Below, one piece after another: positions 43,388-57,985 of a stretch of 64,000 bases of DNA. Both the position numbers and the translations under genes were made by a program. Numbering within the stretch: position 1 is the stretch's first letter; the number at the start of each line of letters is the position of its first letter. This stretch comes from Auanema rhodensis (taxonomy: Eukaryota; Animalia; Nematoda). The notes beneath the pieces are model-generated. The model was not told the DNA's origin, searched no databases, and saw nothing but the letters and a program-made list of their open reading frames with translations. The stretch lies in NCBI GenBank assembly GCA_964057225.1, contig OZ059900.1:1798001-1862000 (forward strand). Direction: 5' to 3'.

Positions 43388-45473
43388 TCAAACACACAAT
43401 ACACGAAATAAGTTTATTTTGACGAGTTTGCACTGGTATTTATTCATTTTGATCAAAAAAGGTCGAAAATAGAAAGAATTTTTGAATTTTCCGAGTTTTG
43501 AGTCCAATTGGGCTAAATCGCTCATATATATGATCAAAAGCATAGTTTTACTGTCTATGATAACAAAAGTCTTCAAATATACACTAATAATGTGTAAATC
43601 ACTGAATTTCACTCAAATAGCTTTACTACACTAAGTATGGTCGTTTTTATGCCTTTAACACCATATACTCACCGATTTTTGGTACAAAATCTGTAATACT
43701 CGTAAATTTCGATCATATTCGTTAAGATTCGAGAATCAAACACACAATACACGAAATAAGTTTATTTTTACGAGTTTGCACTGATATTTATTCATTTTGA
43801 TCAGAAAAGGTCGAAAATAGAAAGAATTTTTGAATTTTCCGAGTTTTGAGTCCAATTGGGCTAAATCGCTCATATATATGATCAAAAGCATAGTTTCACT
43901 GTCTATGATAACAAAAGTCTTCAAATATACACTAGTAATGATGAAATCACTGAATTTCACTCAAATAGCATTACTACACTAAGTATGGTCGTTTTTATGC
44001 CTTTAACACCATATACTCACCGATTTTTGGTACAAAATCTGTAATACTTGTAAATTTTGATCATATTTGTTAAGATTCGAGAATCAAACACATAATACAC
44101 GGAATAAGTCTATTTTTACAAGTTTGCACTGATATTTATTCATTTTGATCAAAAAAGGTCGAAAATAGAAAGAATTTTTGAAATTTCCGAGTTTTGAGTC
44201 CAATTTGGCTAAATCGCTCATATATATGATCAAAAGCATAGTGTTATTGTCTATAACAACAAAAGTCATCAATTAAACGCTAGTGATGTTTAAATACTGA
44301 ATTTCGCTCAAATAGCATTACTACACTAAGTATGGTCGTTTTTATGCCTTTAACACCATATACTCACCGATTTTTGGTACAAAATCTGTAATACTCGTAA
44401 ATTTTGATCATATTCGGTGAGATTCGAGAATCAAACACACAATACACGAAATAAGTTTATTTTGACGAGTTTGCACTGGTATTTATTCATTTTGATCAAA
44501 AAAGGTCGAAAATAGAAAGAATTTTTGAATTTTCCGAGTTTTGAGTCCAATTGGGCTAAATCGCTCATATATATGATCAAAAGCATAGTTTTACTGTCTA
44601 TGATAACAAAAGTCTTCAAATATACACTAATAATGTGTAAATCACTGAATTTCACTCAAATAGCTTTACTACACTAAGTATGGTCGTTTTTATGCCTTTA
44701 ACACCATATACTCACCGATTTTTGGTACAAAATCTGTAATACTCGTAAATTTCGATCATATTCGTTAAGATTCGAGAATCAAACACACAATACACGAAAT
44801 AAGTTTATTTTTACGAGTTTGCACTGATATTTATTCATTTTGATCAAAAAAGGTCGAAAATAGAAAGAATTTTTGAATTTTCCGAGTTTTGAGTCCAATT
44901 GGGCTAAATCGCTCATATATATGATCAAAAGCATAGTTTCACTGTCTATGATAACAAAAGTCTTCAAATATACACTAGTAATGATGAAATCACTGAATTT
45001 CACTCAAATAGCATTACTACACTAAGTATGGTCGTTTTTATGCCTTTAACACCATATACTCACCGATTTTTGGTACAAAATCTGTAATACTTGTAAATTT
45101 TGATCATATTTGTTAAGATTCGAGAATCAAACACATAATACACGGAATAAGTCTATTTTTACAAGTTTGCACTGATATTTATTCATTTTGATCAAAAAAG
45201 GTCGAAAATAGAAAGAATTTTTGAAATTTCCGAGTTTTGAGTCCAATTTGGCTAAATCGCTCATATATATGATCAAAAGCATAGTGTTATTGTCTATAAC
45301 AACAAAAGTCATCAATTAAACGCTAGTGATGTTTAAATACTGAATTTCGCTCAAATAGCATTACTACACTAAGTATGGTCGTTTTTATGCCTTTAACACC
45401 ATATACTCACCGATTTTTGGTACAAAATCTGTAATACTCGTAAATTTTGATCATATTCGTTAAGATTTGAGAA
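43388..45473 (+). repeat. Tandem 3-mer duplication (A-B-C)x2, 1043-bp unit
   Basis: The rare variant cacggaataag occurs at 44102 and 45145. ORF offsets are 1043. Confidence 0.88.
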
Positions 45474-48400
45474 TCAAACATACAATACACAAAATCAGTC
45501 TATTTTTATGAGCTTGCACTGATATATATTCATTTTGATCAAAAAAGGTCGAAAATAGAAAGAATTTTTGAAATTTCCGAGTTTTGAGTCTAATTTGGCT
45601 AAATCGCTCATATATATGATCAAAAGCATAGTTTTATTGTCTATGACAACAAAAGTCATCAATTAAATGCTAGTGATGTTTAAATACTGAATTTCGCTCA
45701 AATAGCATTACTACACTAAGTATGGTCGTTTTTATGCCTTTAACACCATATACTCACCGATTTTTGGTACAAAATCTGTAATACTCGTAAATTTTGATCA
45801 TATCCGGTGAGATTCGAGAATCAAACACACAATACACGAAATAAGTTTATTTTGACGAGTTTGCACTGGTATTTATTCATTTTGATCAAAAAAGGTCGAA
45901 AATAGAAAGAATTTTTGAATTTTCCGAGTTTTGAGTCCAATTGGGCTAAATCGCTCATATATATGATCAAAAGCATAGTTTTACTGTCTATGATAACAAA
46001 AGTCTTCAAATATACACTAATAATGTGTAAATCACTGAATTTCACTCAAATAGCTTTACTACACTAAGTATGGTCGTTTTTATGCCTTTAACACCATATA
46101 CTCACCGATTTTTGGTACAAAATCTGTAATACTCGTAAATTTCGATCATATTCGTTAAGATTCGAGAATCAAACACACAATACACGAAATAAGTTTATTT
46201 TTACGAGTTTGCACTGATATTTATTCATTTTGATCAAAAAAGGTCGAAAATAGAAAGAATTTTTGAATTTTCCGAGTTTTGAGTCCAATTGGGCTAAATC
46301 GCTCATATATATGATCAAAAGCATAGTTTCACTGTCTATGATAACAAAAGTCTTCAAATATACACTAGTAATGATTAAATCACTGAATTTCACTCAAATA
46401 GCATTACTACACTAAGTATGGTCGTTTTTATGCCTTTAACACCATATACTCACCGATTTTTGGTACAAAATCTGTAATACTTGTAAATTTTGATCATATT
46501 TGTTAAGATTCGAGAATCAAACACATAATACACGAAATAAGTCTATTTTTACAAGTTTGCACTGATATTTATTCATTTTGATCAAAAAAAGGTCGAAAAT
46601 AGAAAAATTTTTTGAAATTTCCGAGTTTTGAGTCCAATTTGGCTAAATCGCTCATATATAAGATCAAAAGCATAGTTTTATTGTCTATAACAACAAAAAT
46701 CATCAATTAAACGCTAGTGATATTTAAATACTGATTTTCGCTCAAGTAGCATTACTACACTAAGTATGGTCGTTTTTATGCCTTTAACACCATATACTCA
46801 CCGATTTTTGGTACAAAATCTGTAATACTTGTAAATTTTGATCATATTCGTTAAGATTTGAGAATCGAACATACAATACACAAAATCAGTCTATTTTTAT
46901 GAGCTTGCACTGATATATATTCATTTTGATCAAAAAAGGTTGAAAATAGAAAGAATTTTTGAAATTTCCGAGTTTTGAGTCTAATTTGGCTAAATCGCTC
47001 ATATATATGATCAGAAGCATAGTTTTAATGTCTATGACAACAAAAATCATCAATTAAACGCTAGTGATGTTTAAATACTGATTTTCGCTCAAATAGCATT
47101 ACTACACTAAGTATGGTCGTTTTTATGCCTTTAACACCATATACTCACCGATTTTTGGTACAAAATCTGTAATACTCGTAAAATTTGATCATATTTGTTA
47201 AGATTTGAGAATCAAACACACAATACACGAAATAAGTTTATTTTGACGAGTTTGCACTGGTATTTATTCATTTTGATCAAAAAAGGTCGAAAATAGAAAG
47301 AATTTTTGAATTTTCCGAGTTTTGAGTCCAATTGGGCTAAATCGCTCATATATATGATCAAAAGCATAGTTTCACTGTCTATGACAACAAAAATCATCAA
47401 TTAAACGCTAGTGATGTTTAAATACTGATTTTCGCTCAAATAGCATTACTACACTAAGTATGGTCGTTTTTATGCCTTTAACACCATATACTCACCGATT
47501 TTTGGTACAAAATCTGTAATACTCGTAAATTTTGATCATATTCGGTGAGATTCGAGAATCAAACACACAATACACGAAATAAGTTTATTTTGACGAGTTT
47601 GCACTGGTATTTATTCATTTTGATCAAAAAAGGTCGAAAATAGAAAGAATTTTTGAATTTTCCGAGTTTTGAGTCCAATTGGGCTAAATCGCTCATATAT
47701 ATGATCAAAAGCATAGTTTCACTGTCTATGATAACAAAAGTCTTCAAATATACACTAATAATGATTAAATCACTGAATTTCACTCAAATAGCATTACTAC
47801 ACTAAGTATGGTCGTTTTTATGCCTTTAACACCATATACTCACCGATTTTTGGTACAAAATCTGTAATACTTGTAAATTTTGATCATATTTGTTAAGATT
47901 CGAGAATCAAACACATAATACACAAAATAAGTCTATTTTTACAAGTTTGCACTGATATTTATTCATTTTGATCAAAAAAGGTCGAAAATAGAAAGAATTT
48001 TTGAAATTTCCGAGTTTTGAGTCCAATTTGGCTAAATCGCTCATATATATGATCAAAAGCATAGTTTTATTGTCTATAACAACAAAAGTCATCAATTAAA
48101 CGCTAGTGATGTTTAAATACTGAATTTCGCTCAAATAGCATTACTACACTAAGTATGGTCGTTTTTATGCCTTTAACACCATATACTCACCGATTTTTGG
48201 TACAAAATCTGTAATACTCGTAAATTTTGATCATATTCGTTAAGATTTGAGAATCAAACATACAATACACAAAATCAGTCTATTTTTATGAGCTTGCACT
48301 GATATATATTCATTTTGATCAAAAAAGGTCGAAAATAGAAAGAATTTTTGAAATTTCCGAGTTTTGAGTCTAATTTGGCTAAATCGCTCATATATATGAT

Positions 48401-51400
48401 CAAAAGCATAGTTTTATTGTCTATGACAACAAAAGTCATCAATTAAATGCTAGTGATGTTTAAATACTGAATTTCGCTCAAATAGCATTACTACACTAAG
48501 TATGGTCGTTTTTATGCCTTTAACACCATATACTCACCGATTTTTGGTACAAAATCTGTAATACTCGTAAATTTTGATCATATTCGGTGAGATTCGAGAA
48601 TCAAACACACAATACACGAAATAAGTTTATTTTGACGAGTTTGCACTGGTATTTATTCATTTTGATCAAAAAAGGTCGAAAATAGAAAGAATTTTTGAAT
48701 TTTCCGAGTTTTGAGTCCAATTGGGCTAAATCGCTCATATATATGATCAAAAGCATAGTTTTACTGTCTATGATAACAAAAGTCTTCAAATATACACTAA
48801 TAATGTGTAAATCACTGAATTTCACTCAAATAGCTCTACTACACTAAGTATGGTCGTTTTTATGCCTTTAACACCATATACTCACCGATTTTTGGTACAA
48901 AATCTGTAATACTCGTAAATTTCGATCATATTCGTTAAGATTCGAGAATCAAACACACAATACACGAAATAAGTTTATTTTTACGAGTTTGCACTGATAT
49001 TTATTCATTTTGATCAAAAAAGGTCGAAAATAGAAAGAATTTTTGAATTTTCCGAGTTTTGAGTCCAATTGGGCTAAATCGCTCATATATATGATCAAAA
49101 GCATAGTTTCACTGTCTATGATAACAAAAGTCTTCAAATATACACTAGTAATGATGAAATCACTGAATTTCACTCAAATAGCATTACTACACTAAGTATG
49201 GTCGTTTTTATGCCTTTAACACCATATACTCACCGATTTTTGGTACAAAATCTGTAATACTTGTAAATTTTGATCATATTTGTTAAGATTCGAGAATCAA
49301 ACACATAATACACGGAATAAGTCTATTTTTACAAGTTTGCACTGATATTTATTCATTTTGATCAAAAAAGGTCGAAAATAGAAAGAATTTTTGAAATTTC
49401 CGAGTTTTGAGTCCAATTTGGCTAAATCGCTCATATATATGATCAAAAGCATAGTGTTATTGTCTATAACAACAAAAGTCATCAATTAAACGCTAGTGAT
49501 GTTTAAATACTGAATTTCGCTCAAATAGCATTACTACACTAAGTATGGTCGTTTTTATGCCTTTAACACCATATACTCACCGATTTTTGGTACAAAATCT
49601 GTAATACTCGTAAATTTTGATCATATTCGTTAAGATTTGAGAATCAAACATACAATACACAAAATCAGTCTATTTTTATGAGCTTGCACTGATATATATT
49701 CATTTTGATCAAAAAAGGTCGAAAATAGAAAGAATTTTTGAAATTTCCGAGTTTTGAGTCTAATTTGGCTAAATCGCTCATATATATGATCAAAAGCATA
49801 GTTTTATTGTCTATGACAACAAAAGTCATCAATTAAATGCTAGTGATGTTTAAATACTGAATTTCGCTCAAATAGCATTACTACACTAAGTATGGTCGTT
49901 TTTATGCCTTTAACACCATATACTCACCGATTTTTGGTACAAAATCTGTAATACTCGTAAATTTTGATCATATCCGGTGAGATTCGAGAATCAAACACAC
50001 AATACACGAAATAAGTTTATTTTGACGAGTTTGCACTGGTATTTATTCATTTTGATCAAAAAAGGTCGAAAATAGAAAGAATTTTTGAATTTTCCGAGTT
50101 TTGAGTCCAATTGGGCTAAATCGCTCATATATATGATCAAAAGCATAGTTTTACTGTCTATGATAACAAAAGTCTTCAAATATACACTAATAATGTGTAA
50201 ATCACTGAATTTCACTCAAATAGCTTTACTACACTAAGTATGGTCGTTTTTATGCCTTTAACACCATATACTCACCGATTTTTGGTACAAAATCTGTAAT
50301 ACTCGTAAATTTCGATCATATTCGTTAAGATTCGAGAATCAAACACACAATACACGAAATAAGTTTATTTTTACGAGTTTGCACTGATATTTATTCATTT
50401 TGATCAAAAAAGGTCGAAAATAGAAAGAATTTTTGAATTTTCCGAGTTTTGAGTCCAATTGGGCTAAATCGCTCATATATATGATCAAAAGCATAGTTTC
50501 ACTGTCTATGATAACAAAAGTCTTCAAATATACACTAGTAATGATTAAATCACTGAATTTCACTCAAATAGCATTACTACACTAAGTATGGTCGTTTTTA
50601 TGCCTTTAACACCATATACTCACCGATTTTTGGTACAAAATCTGTAATACTTGTAAATTTTGATCATATTTGTTAAGATTCGAGAATCAAACACATAATA
50701 CACGAAATAAGTCTATTTTTACAAGTTTGCACTGATATTTATTCATTTTGATCAAAAAAAGGTCGAAAATAGAAAAATTTTTTGAAATTTCCGAGTTTTG
50801 AGTCCAATTTGGCTAAATCGCTCATATATAAGATCAAAAGCATAGTTTTATTGTCTATAACAACAAAAATCATCAATTAAACGCTAGTGATATTTAAATA
50901 CTGATTTTCGCTCAAGTAGCATTACTACACTAAGTATGGTCGTTTTTATGCCTTTAACACCATATACTCACCGATTTTTGGTACAAAATCTGTAATACTT
51001 GTAAATTTTGATCATATTCGTTAAGATTTGAGAATCGAACATACAATACACAAAATCAGTCTATTTTTATGAGCTTGCACTGATATATATTCATTTTGAT
51101 CAAAAAAGGTTGAAAATAGAAAGAATTTTTGAAATTTCCGAGTTTTGAGTCTAATTTGGCTAAATCGCTCATATATATGATCAGAAGCATAGTTTTAATG
51201 TCTATGACAACAAAAATCATCAATTAAACGCTAGTGATGTTTAAATACTGATTTTCGCTCAAATAGCATTACTACACTAAGTATGGTCGTTTTTATGCCT
51301 TTAACACCATATACTCACCGATTTTTGGTACAAAATCTGTAATACTCGTAAAATTTGATCATATTTGTTAAGATTTGAGAATCAAACACACAATACACGA

Positions 51401-51560
51401 AATAAGTTTATTTTGACGAGTTTGCACTGGTATTTATTCATTTTGATCAAAAAAGGTCGAAAATAGAAAGAATTTTTGAATTTTCCGAGTTTTGAGTCCA
51501 ATTGGGCTAAATCGCTCATATATATGATCAAAAGCATAGTTTTACTGTCTATGATAACAA
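44431..51560 (+). repeat. 12-mer (4170-bp) period duplication
   Basis: ORF pairs 44431/48601, 44779/48949, 45127/49297, 45821/49991, 46169/50339 and 47212/51382. The cacgg variant is shared at 45145/49315. Confidence 0.85.
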
Positions 51561-53118
51561 AAGTCATCAATTAAACGCTAGTGATGTTTAAATACTGAAT
51601 TTCGCTCAAATAGCATTACTACACTAAGTATGGTCGTTTTTATGCCTTTAACACCATATACTCACCGATTTTTGGTACAAAATCTGTAATACTCGTAAAT
51701 TTCGATCATATTCGTTAAGATTCGAGAATCAAACACACAATACACGAAATAAGTTTATTTTTACGAGTTTGCACTGATATTTATTCATTTTGATCAAAAA
51801 AGGTCGAAAATAGAAAGAATTTTTGAATTTTCCGAGTTTTGAGTCCAATTGGGCTAAATCGCTCATATATATGATCAAAAGCATAGTTTCACTGTCTATG
51901 ATAACAAAAGTCTTCAAATATACACTAGTAATGATTAAATCACTGAATTTCACTCAAATAGCATTACTACACTAAGTATGGTCGTTTTTATGCCTTTAAC
52001 ACCATATACTCACCGATTTTTGGTACAAAATCTGTAATACTTGTAAATTTTGATCATATTTGTTAAGATTCGAGAATCAAACACATAATACACGAAATAA
52101 GTCTATTTTTACAAGTTTGCACTGATATTTATTCATTTTGATCAAAAAAAGGTCGAAAATAGAAAAATTTTTTGAAATTTCCGAGTTTTGAGTCCAATTT
52201 GGCTAAATCGCTCATATATAAGATCAAAAGCATAGTTTTATTGTCTATAACAACAAAAATCATCAATTAAACGCTAGTGATATTTAAATACTGATTTTCG
52301 CTCAAGTAGCATTACTACACTAAGTATGGTCGTTTTTATGCCTTTAACACCATATACTCACCGATTTTTGGTACAAAATCTGTAATACTTGTAAATTTTG
52401 ATCATATTCGTTAAGATTTGAGAATCGAACATACAATACACAAAATCAGTCTATTTTTATGAGCTTGCACTGATATATATTCATTTTGATCAAAAAAGGT
52501 TGAAAATAGAAAGAATTTTTGAAATTTCCGAGTTTTGAGTCTAATTTGGCTAAATCGCTCATATATATGATCAGAAGCATAGTTTTAATGTCTATGACAA
52601 CAAAAATCATCAATTAAACGCTAGTGATGTTTAAATACTGATTTTCGCTCAAATAGCATTACTACACTAAGTATGGTCGTTTTTATGCCTTTAACACCAT
52701 ATACTCACCGATTTTTGGTACAAAATCTGTAATACTCGTAAAATTTGATCATATTTGTTAAGATTTGAGAATCAAACACACAATACACGAAATAAGTTTA
52801 TTTTGACGAGTTTGCACTGGTATTTATTCATTTTGATCAAAAAAGGTCGAAAATAGAAAGAATTTTTGAATTTTCCGAGTTTTGAGTCCAATTGGGCTAA
52901 ATCGCTCATATATATGATCAAAAGCATAGTTTTACTGTCTATGATAACAAAAGTCATCAATTAAACGCTAGTGATGTTTAAATACTGAATTTCGCTCAAA
53001 TAGCATTACTACACTAAGTATGGTCGTTTTTATGCCTTTAACACCATATACTCACCGATTTTTGGTACAAAATCTGTAATACTCGTAAATTTTGATCATA
53101 TTCGTTAAGATTTGAGAA
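50339..53118 (+). repeat. Tandem 4-mer duplication (B-C''-D'-G)x2, 1390 bp
   Basis: ORF pairs 50339/51729 and 51382/52772. The ggttgaaaa variant of D' is in both copies. Confidence 0.85.
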
Positions 53119-56100
53119 TCAAACATACAATACACAAAATCAGTCTATTTTTATGAGCTTGCACTGATATATATTCATTTTGATCAAAAAAGGTCGAAAA
53201 TAGAAAGAATTTTTGAAATTTCCGAGTTTTGAGTCTAATTTGGCTAAATCGCTCATATATATGATCAAAAGCATAGTTTTATTGTCTATGACAACAAAAG
53301 TCATCAATTAAATGCTAGTGATGTTTAAATACTGAATTTCGCTCAAATAGCATTACTACACTAAGTATGGTCGTTTTTATGCCTTTAACACCATATACTC
53401 ACCGATTTTTGGTACAAAATCTGTAATACTCGTAAATTTTGATCATATTCGGTGAGATTCGAGAATCAAACACACAATACACGAAATAAGTTTATTTTGA
53501 CGAGTTTGCACTGGTATTTATTCATTTTGATCAAAAAAGGTCGAAAATAGAAAGAATTTTTGAATTTTCCGAGTTTTGAGTCCAATTGGGCTAAATCGCT
53601 AATATATATGATCAAAAGCATAGTTTTACTGTCTATGATAACAAAAGTCTTCAAATATACACTAATAATGTGTAAATCACTGAATTTCACTCAAATAGCT
53701 TTACTACACTAAGTATGGTCGTTTTTATGCCTTTAACACCATATACTCACCGATTTTTGGTACAAAATCTGTAATACTCGTAAATTTCGATCATATTCGT
53801 TAAGATTCGAGAATCAAACACACAATACACGAAATAAGTTTATTTTTACGAGTTTGCACTGATATTTATTCATTTTGATCAAAAAAGGTCGAAAATAGAA
53901 AGAATTTTTGAATTTTCCGAGTTTTGAGTCCAATTGGGCTAAATCGCTCATATATATGATCAAAAGCATAGTTTCACTGTCTATGATAACAAAAGTCTTC
54001 AAATATATACTAGTAATGATTAAATCACTGAATTTCACTCAAATAGCATTACTACACTAAGTATGGTCGTTTTTATGCCTTTAACACCATATACTCACCG
54101 ATTTTTGGTACAAAATCTGTAATACTTGTAAATTTTGATCATATTTGTTAAGATTCGAGAATCAAACACATAATACACGAAATAAGTCTATTTTTACAAG
54201 TTTGCACTGATATTTATTCATTTTGATCAAAAAAAGGTCGAAAATAGAAAAATTTTTTGAAATTTCCGAGTTTTGAGTCCAATTTGGCTAAATCGCTCAT
54301 ATATAAGATCAAAAGCATAGTTTTATTGTCTATAACAACAAAAGTCATCAATTAAACGCTAGTGATATTTAAATACTGATTTTCGCTCAAGTAGCATTAC
54401 TACACTAAGTATGGTCGTTTTTATGCCTTTAACACCATATACTCACCGATTTTTGGTACAAAATCTGTAATACTTGTAAATTTTGATCATATTCGTTAAG
54501 ATTTGAGAATCAAACATACAATACACAAAATCAGTCTATTTTTATGAGCTTGCACTGATATATATTCATTTTGATCAAAAAAGGTCGAAAATAGAAAGAA
54601 TTTTTGAAATTTCCGAGTTTTGAGTCTAATTTGGCTAAATCGCTCATATATATGATCAAAAGCATAGTTTTATTGTCTATGACAACAAAAGTCATCAATT
54701 AAATGCTAGTGATGTTTAAATACTGAATTTCGCTCAAATAGCATTACTACACTAAGTATGGTCGTTTTTATGCCTTTAACACCATATACTCACCGATTTT
54801 TGGTACAAAATCTGTAATACTCGTAAATTTTGATCATATCCGGTGAGATTCGAGAATCAAACACACAATACACGAAATAAGTTTATTTTGACGAGTTTGC
54901 ACTGGTATTTATTCATTTTGATCAAAAAAGGTCGAAAATAGAAAGAATTTTTGAATTTTCCGAGTTTTGAGTCCAATTGGGCTAAATCGCTCATATATAT
55001 GATCAAAAGCATAGTTTTACTGTCTATGATAACAAAAGTCTTCAAATATACACTAATAATGTGTAAATCACTGAATTTCACTCAAATAGCTTTACTACAC
55101 TAAGTATGGTCGTTTTTATGCCTTTAACACCATATACTCACCGATTTTTGGTACAAAATCTGTAATACTCGTAAATTTCGATCATATTCGTTAAGATTCG
55201 AGAATCAAACACACAATACACGAAATAAGTTTATTTTTACGAGTTTGCACTGATATTTATTCATTTTGATCAAAAAAGGTCGAAAATAGAAAGAATTTTT
55301 GAATTTTCCGAGTTTTGAGTCCAATTGGGCTAAATCGCTCATATATATGATCAAAAGCATAGTTTCACTGTCTATGATAACAAAAGTCTTCAAATATACA
55401 CTAGTAATGATTAAATCACTGAATTTCACTCAAATAGCATTACTACACTAAGTATGGTCGTTTTTATGCCTTTAACACCATATACTCACCGATTTTTGGT
55501 ACAAAATCTGTAATACTTGTAAATTTTGATCATATTTGTTAAGATTCGAGAATCAAACACATAATACACGAAATAAGTCTATTTTTACAAGTTTGCACTG
55601 ATATTTATTCATTTTGATCAAAAAAAGGTCGAAAATAGAAAAATTTTTTGAAATTTCCGAGTTTTGAGTCCAATTTGGCTAAATCGCTCATATATAAGAT
55701 CAAAAGCATAGTTTTATTGTCTATAACAACAAAAATCATCAATTAAACGCTAGTGATATTTAAATACTGATTTTCGCTCAAGTAGCATTACTACACTAAG
55801 TATGGTCGTTTTTATGCCTTTAACACCATATACTCACCGATTTTTGGTACAAAATCTGTAATACTTGTAAATTTTGATCATATTCGTTAAGATTTGAGAA
55901 TCGAACATACAATACACAAAATCAGTCTATTTTTATGAGCTTGCACTGATATATATTCATTTTGATCAAAAAAGGTTGAAAATAGAAAGAATTTTTGAAA
56001 TTTCCGAGTTTTGAGTCTAATTTGGCTAAATCGCTCATATATATGATCAGAAGCATAGTTTTAATGTCTATGACAACAAAAATCATCAATTAAACGCTAG

Positions 56101-57985
56101 TGATGTTTAAATACTGATTTTCGCTCAAATAGCATTACTACACTAAGTATGGTCGTTTTTATGCCTTTAACACCATATACTCACCGATTTTTGGTACAAA
56201 ATCTGTAATACTCGTAAAATTTGATCATATTTGTTAAGATTTGAGAATCAAACACACAATACACGAAATAAGTTTATTTTGACGAGTTTGCACTGGTATT
56301 TATTCATTTTGATCAAAAAAGGTCGAAAATAGAAAGAATTTTTGAATTTTCCGAGTTTTGAGTCCAATTGGGCTAAATCGCTCATATATATGATCAAAAG
56401 CATAGTTTTACTGTCTATGATAACAAAAGTCATCAATTAAACGCTAGTGATGTTTAAATACTGAATTTCGCTCAAATAGCATTACTACACTAAGTATGGT
56501 CGTTTTTATGCCTTTAACACCATATACTCACCGATTTTTGGTACAAAATCTGTAATACTCGTAAATTTTGATCATATTCGTTAAGATTTGAGAATCAAAC
56601 ATACAATACACAAAATCAGTCTATTTTTATGAGCTTGCACTGATATATATTCATTTTGATCAAAAAAGGTCGAAAATAGAAAGAATTTTTGAAATTTCCG
56701 AGTTTTGAGTCTAATTTGGCTAAATCGCTCATATATATGATCAAAAGCATAGTTTTATTGTCTATGACAACAAAAGTCATCAATTAAATGCTAGTGATGT
56801 TTAAATACTGAATTTCGCTCAAATAGCATTACTACACTAAGTATGGTCGTTTTTATGCCTTTAACACCATATACTCACCGATTTTTGGTACAAAATCTGT
56901 AATACTCGTAAATTTTGATCATATTCGGTGAGATTCGAGAATCAAACACACAATACACGAAATAAGTTTATTTTGACGAGTTTGCACTGGTATTTATTCA
57001 TTTTGATCAAAAAAGGTCGAAAATAGAAAGAATTTTTGAATTTTCCGAGTTTTGAGTCCAATTGGGCTAAATCGCTAATATATATGATCAAAAGCATAGT
57101 TTTACTGTCTATGATAACAAAAGTCTTCAAATATACACTAATAATGTGTAAATCACTGAATTTCACTCAAATAGCTTTACTACACTAAGTATGGTCGTTT
57201 TTATGCCTTTAACACCATATACTCACCGATTTTTGGTACAAAATCTGTAATACTCGTAAATTTCGATCATATTCGTTAAGATTCGAGAATCAAACACACA
57301 ATACACGAAATAAGTTTATTTTTACGAGTTTGCACTGATATTTATTCATTTTGATCAAAAAAGGTCGAAAATAGAAAGAATTTTTGAATTTTCCGAGTTT
57401 TGAGTCCAATTGGGCTAAATCGCTCATATATATGATCAAAAGCATAGTTTCACTGTCTATGATAACAAAAGTCTTCAAATATATACTAGTAATGATTAAA
57501 TCACTGAATTTCACTCAAATAGCATTACTACACTAAGTATGGTCGTTTTTATGCCTTTAACACCATATACTCACCGATTTTTGGTACAAAATCTGTAATA
57601 CTTGTAAATTTTGATCATATTTGTTAAGATTCGAGAATCAAACACATAATACACGAAATAAGTCTATTTTTACAAGTTTGCACTGATATTTATTCATTTT
57701 GATCAAAAAAAGGTCGAAAATAGAAAAATTTTTTGAAATTTCCGAGTTTTGAGTCCAATTTGGCTAAATCGCTCATATATAAGATCAAAAGCATAGTTTT
57801 ATTGTCTATAACAACAAAAGTCATCAATTAAACGCTAGTGATATTTAAATACTGATTTTCGCTCAAGTAGCATTACTACACTAAGTATGGTCGTTTTTAT
57901 GCCTTTAACACCATATACTCACCGATTTTTGGTACAAAATCTGTAATACTTGTAAATTTTGATCATATTCGTTAAGATTTGAGAA
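51729..57985 (+). repeat. 10-mer (3476-bp) period duplication
   Basis: ORF pairs 51729/55205, 52772/56248, 53466/56942 and 53814/57290. The variant tatatactag is seen only at 54008 and 57484. Confidence 0.88.
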
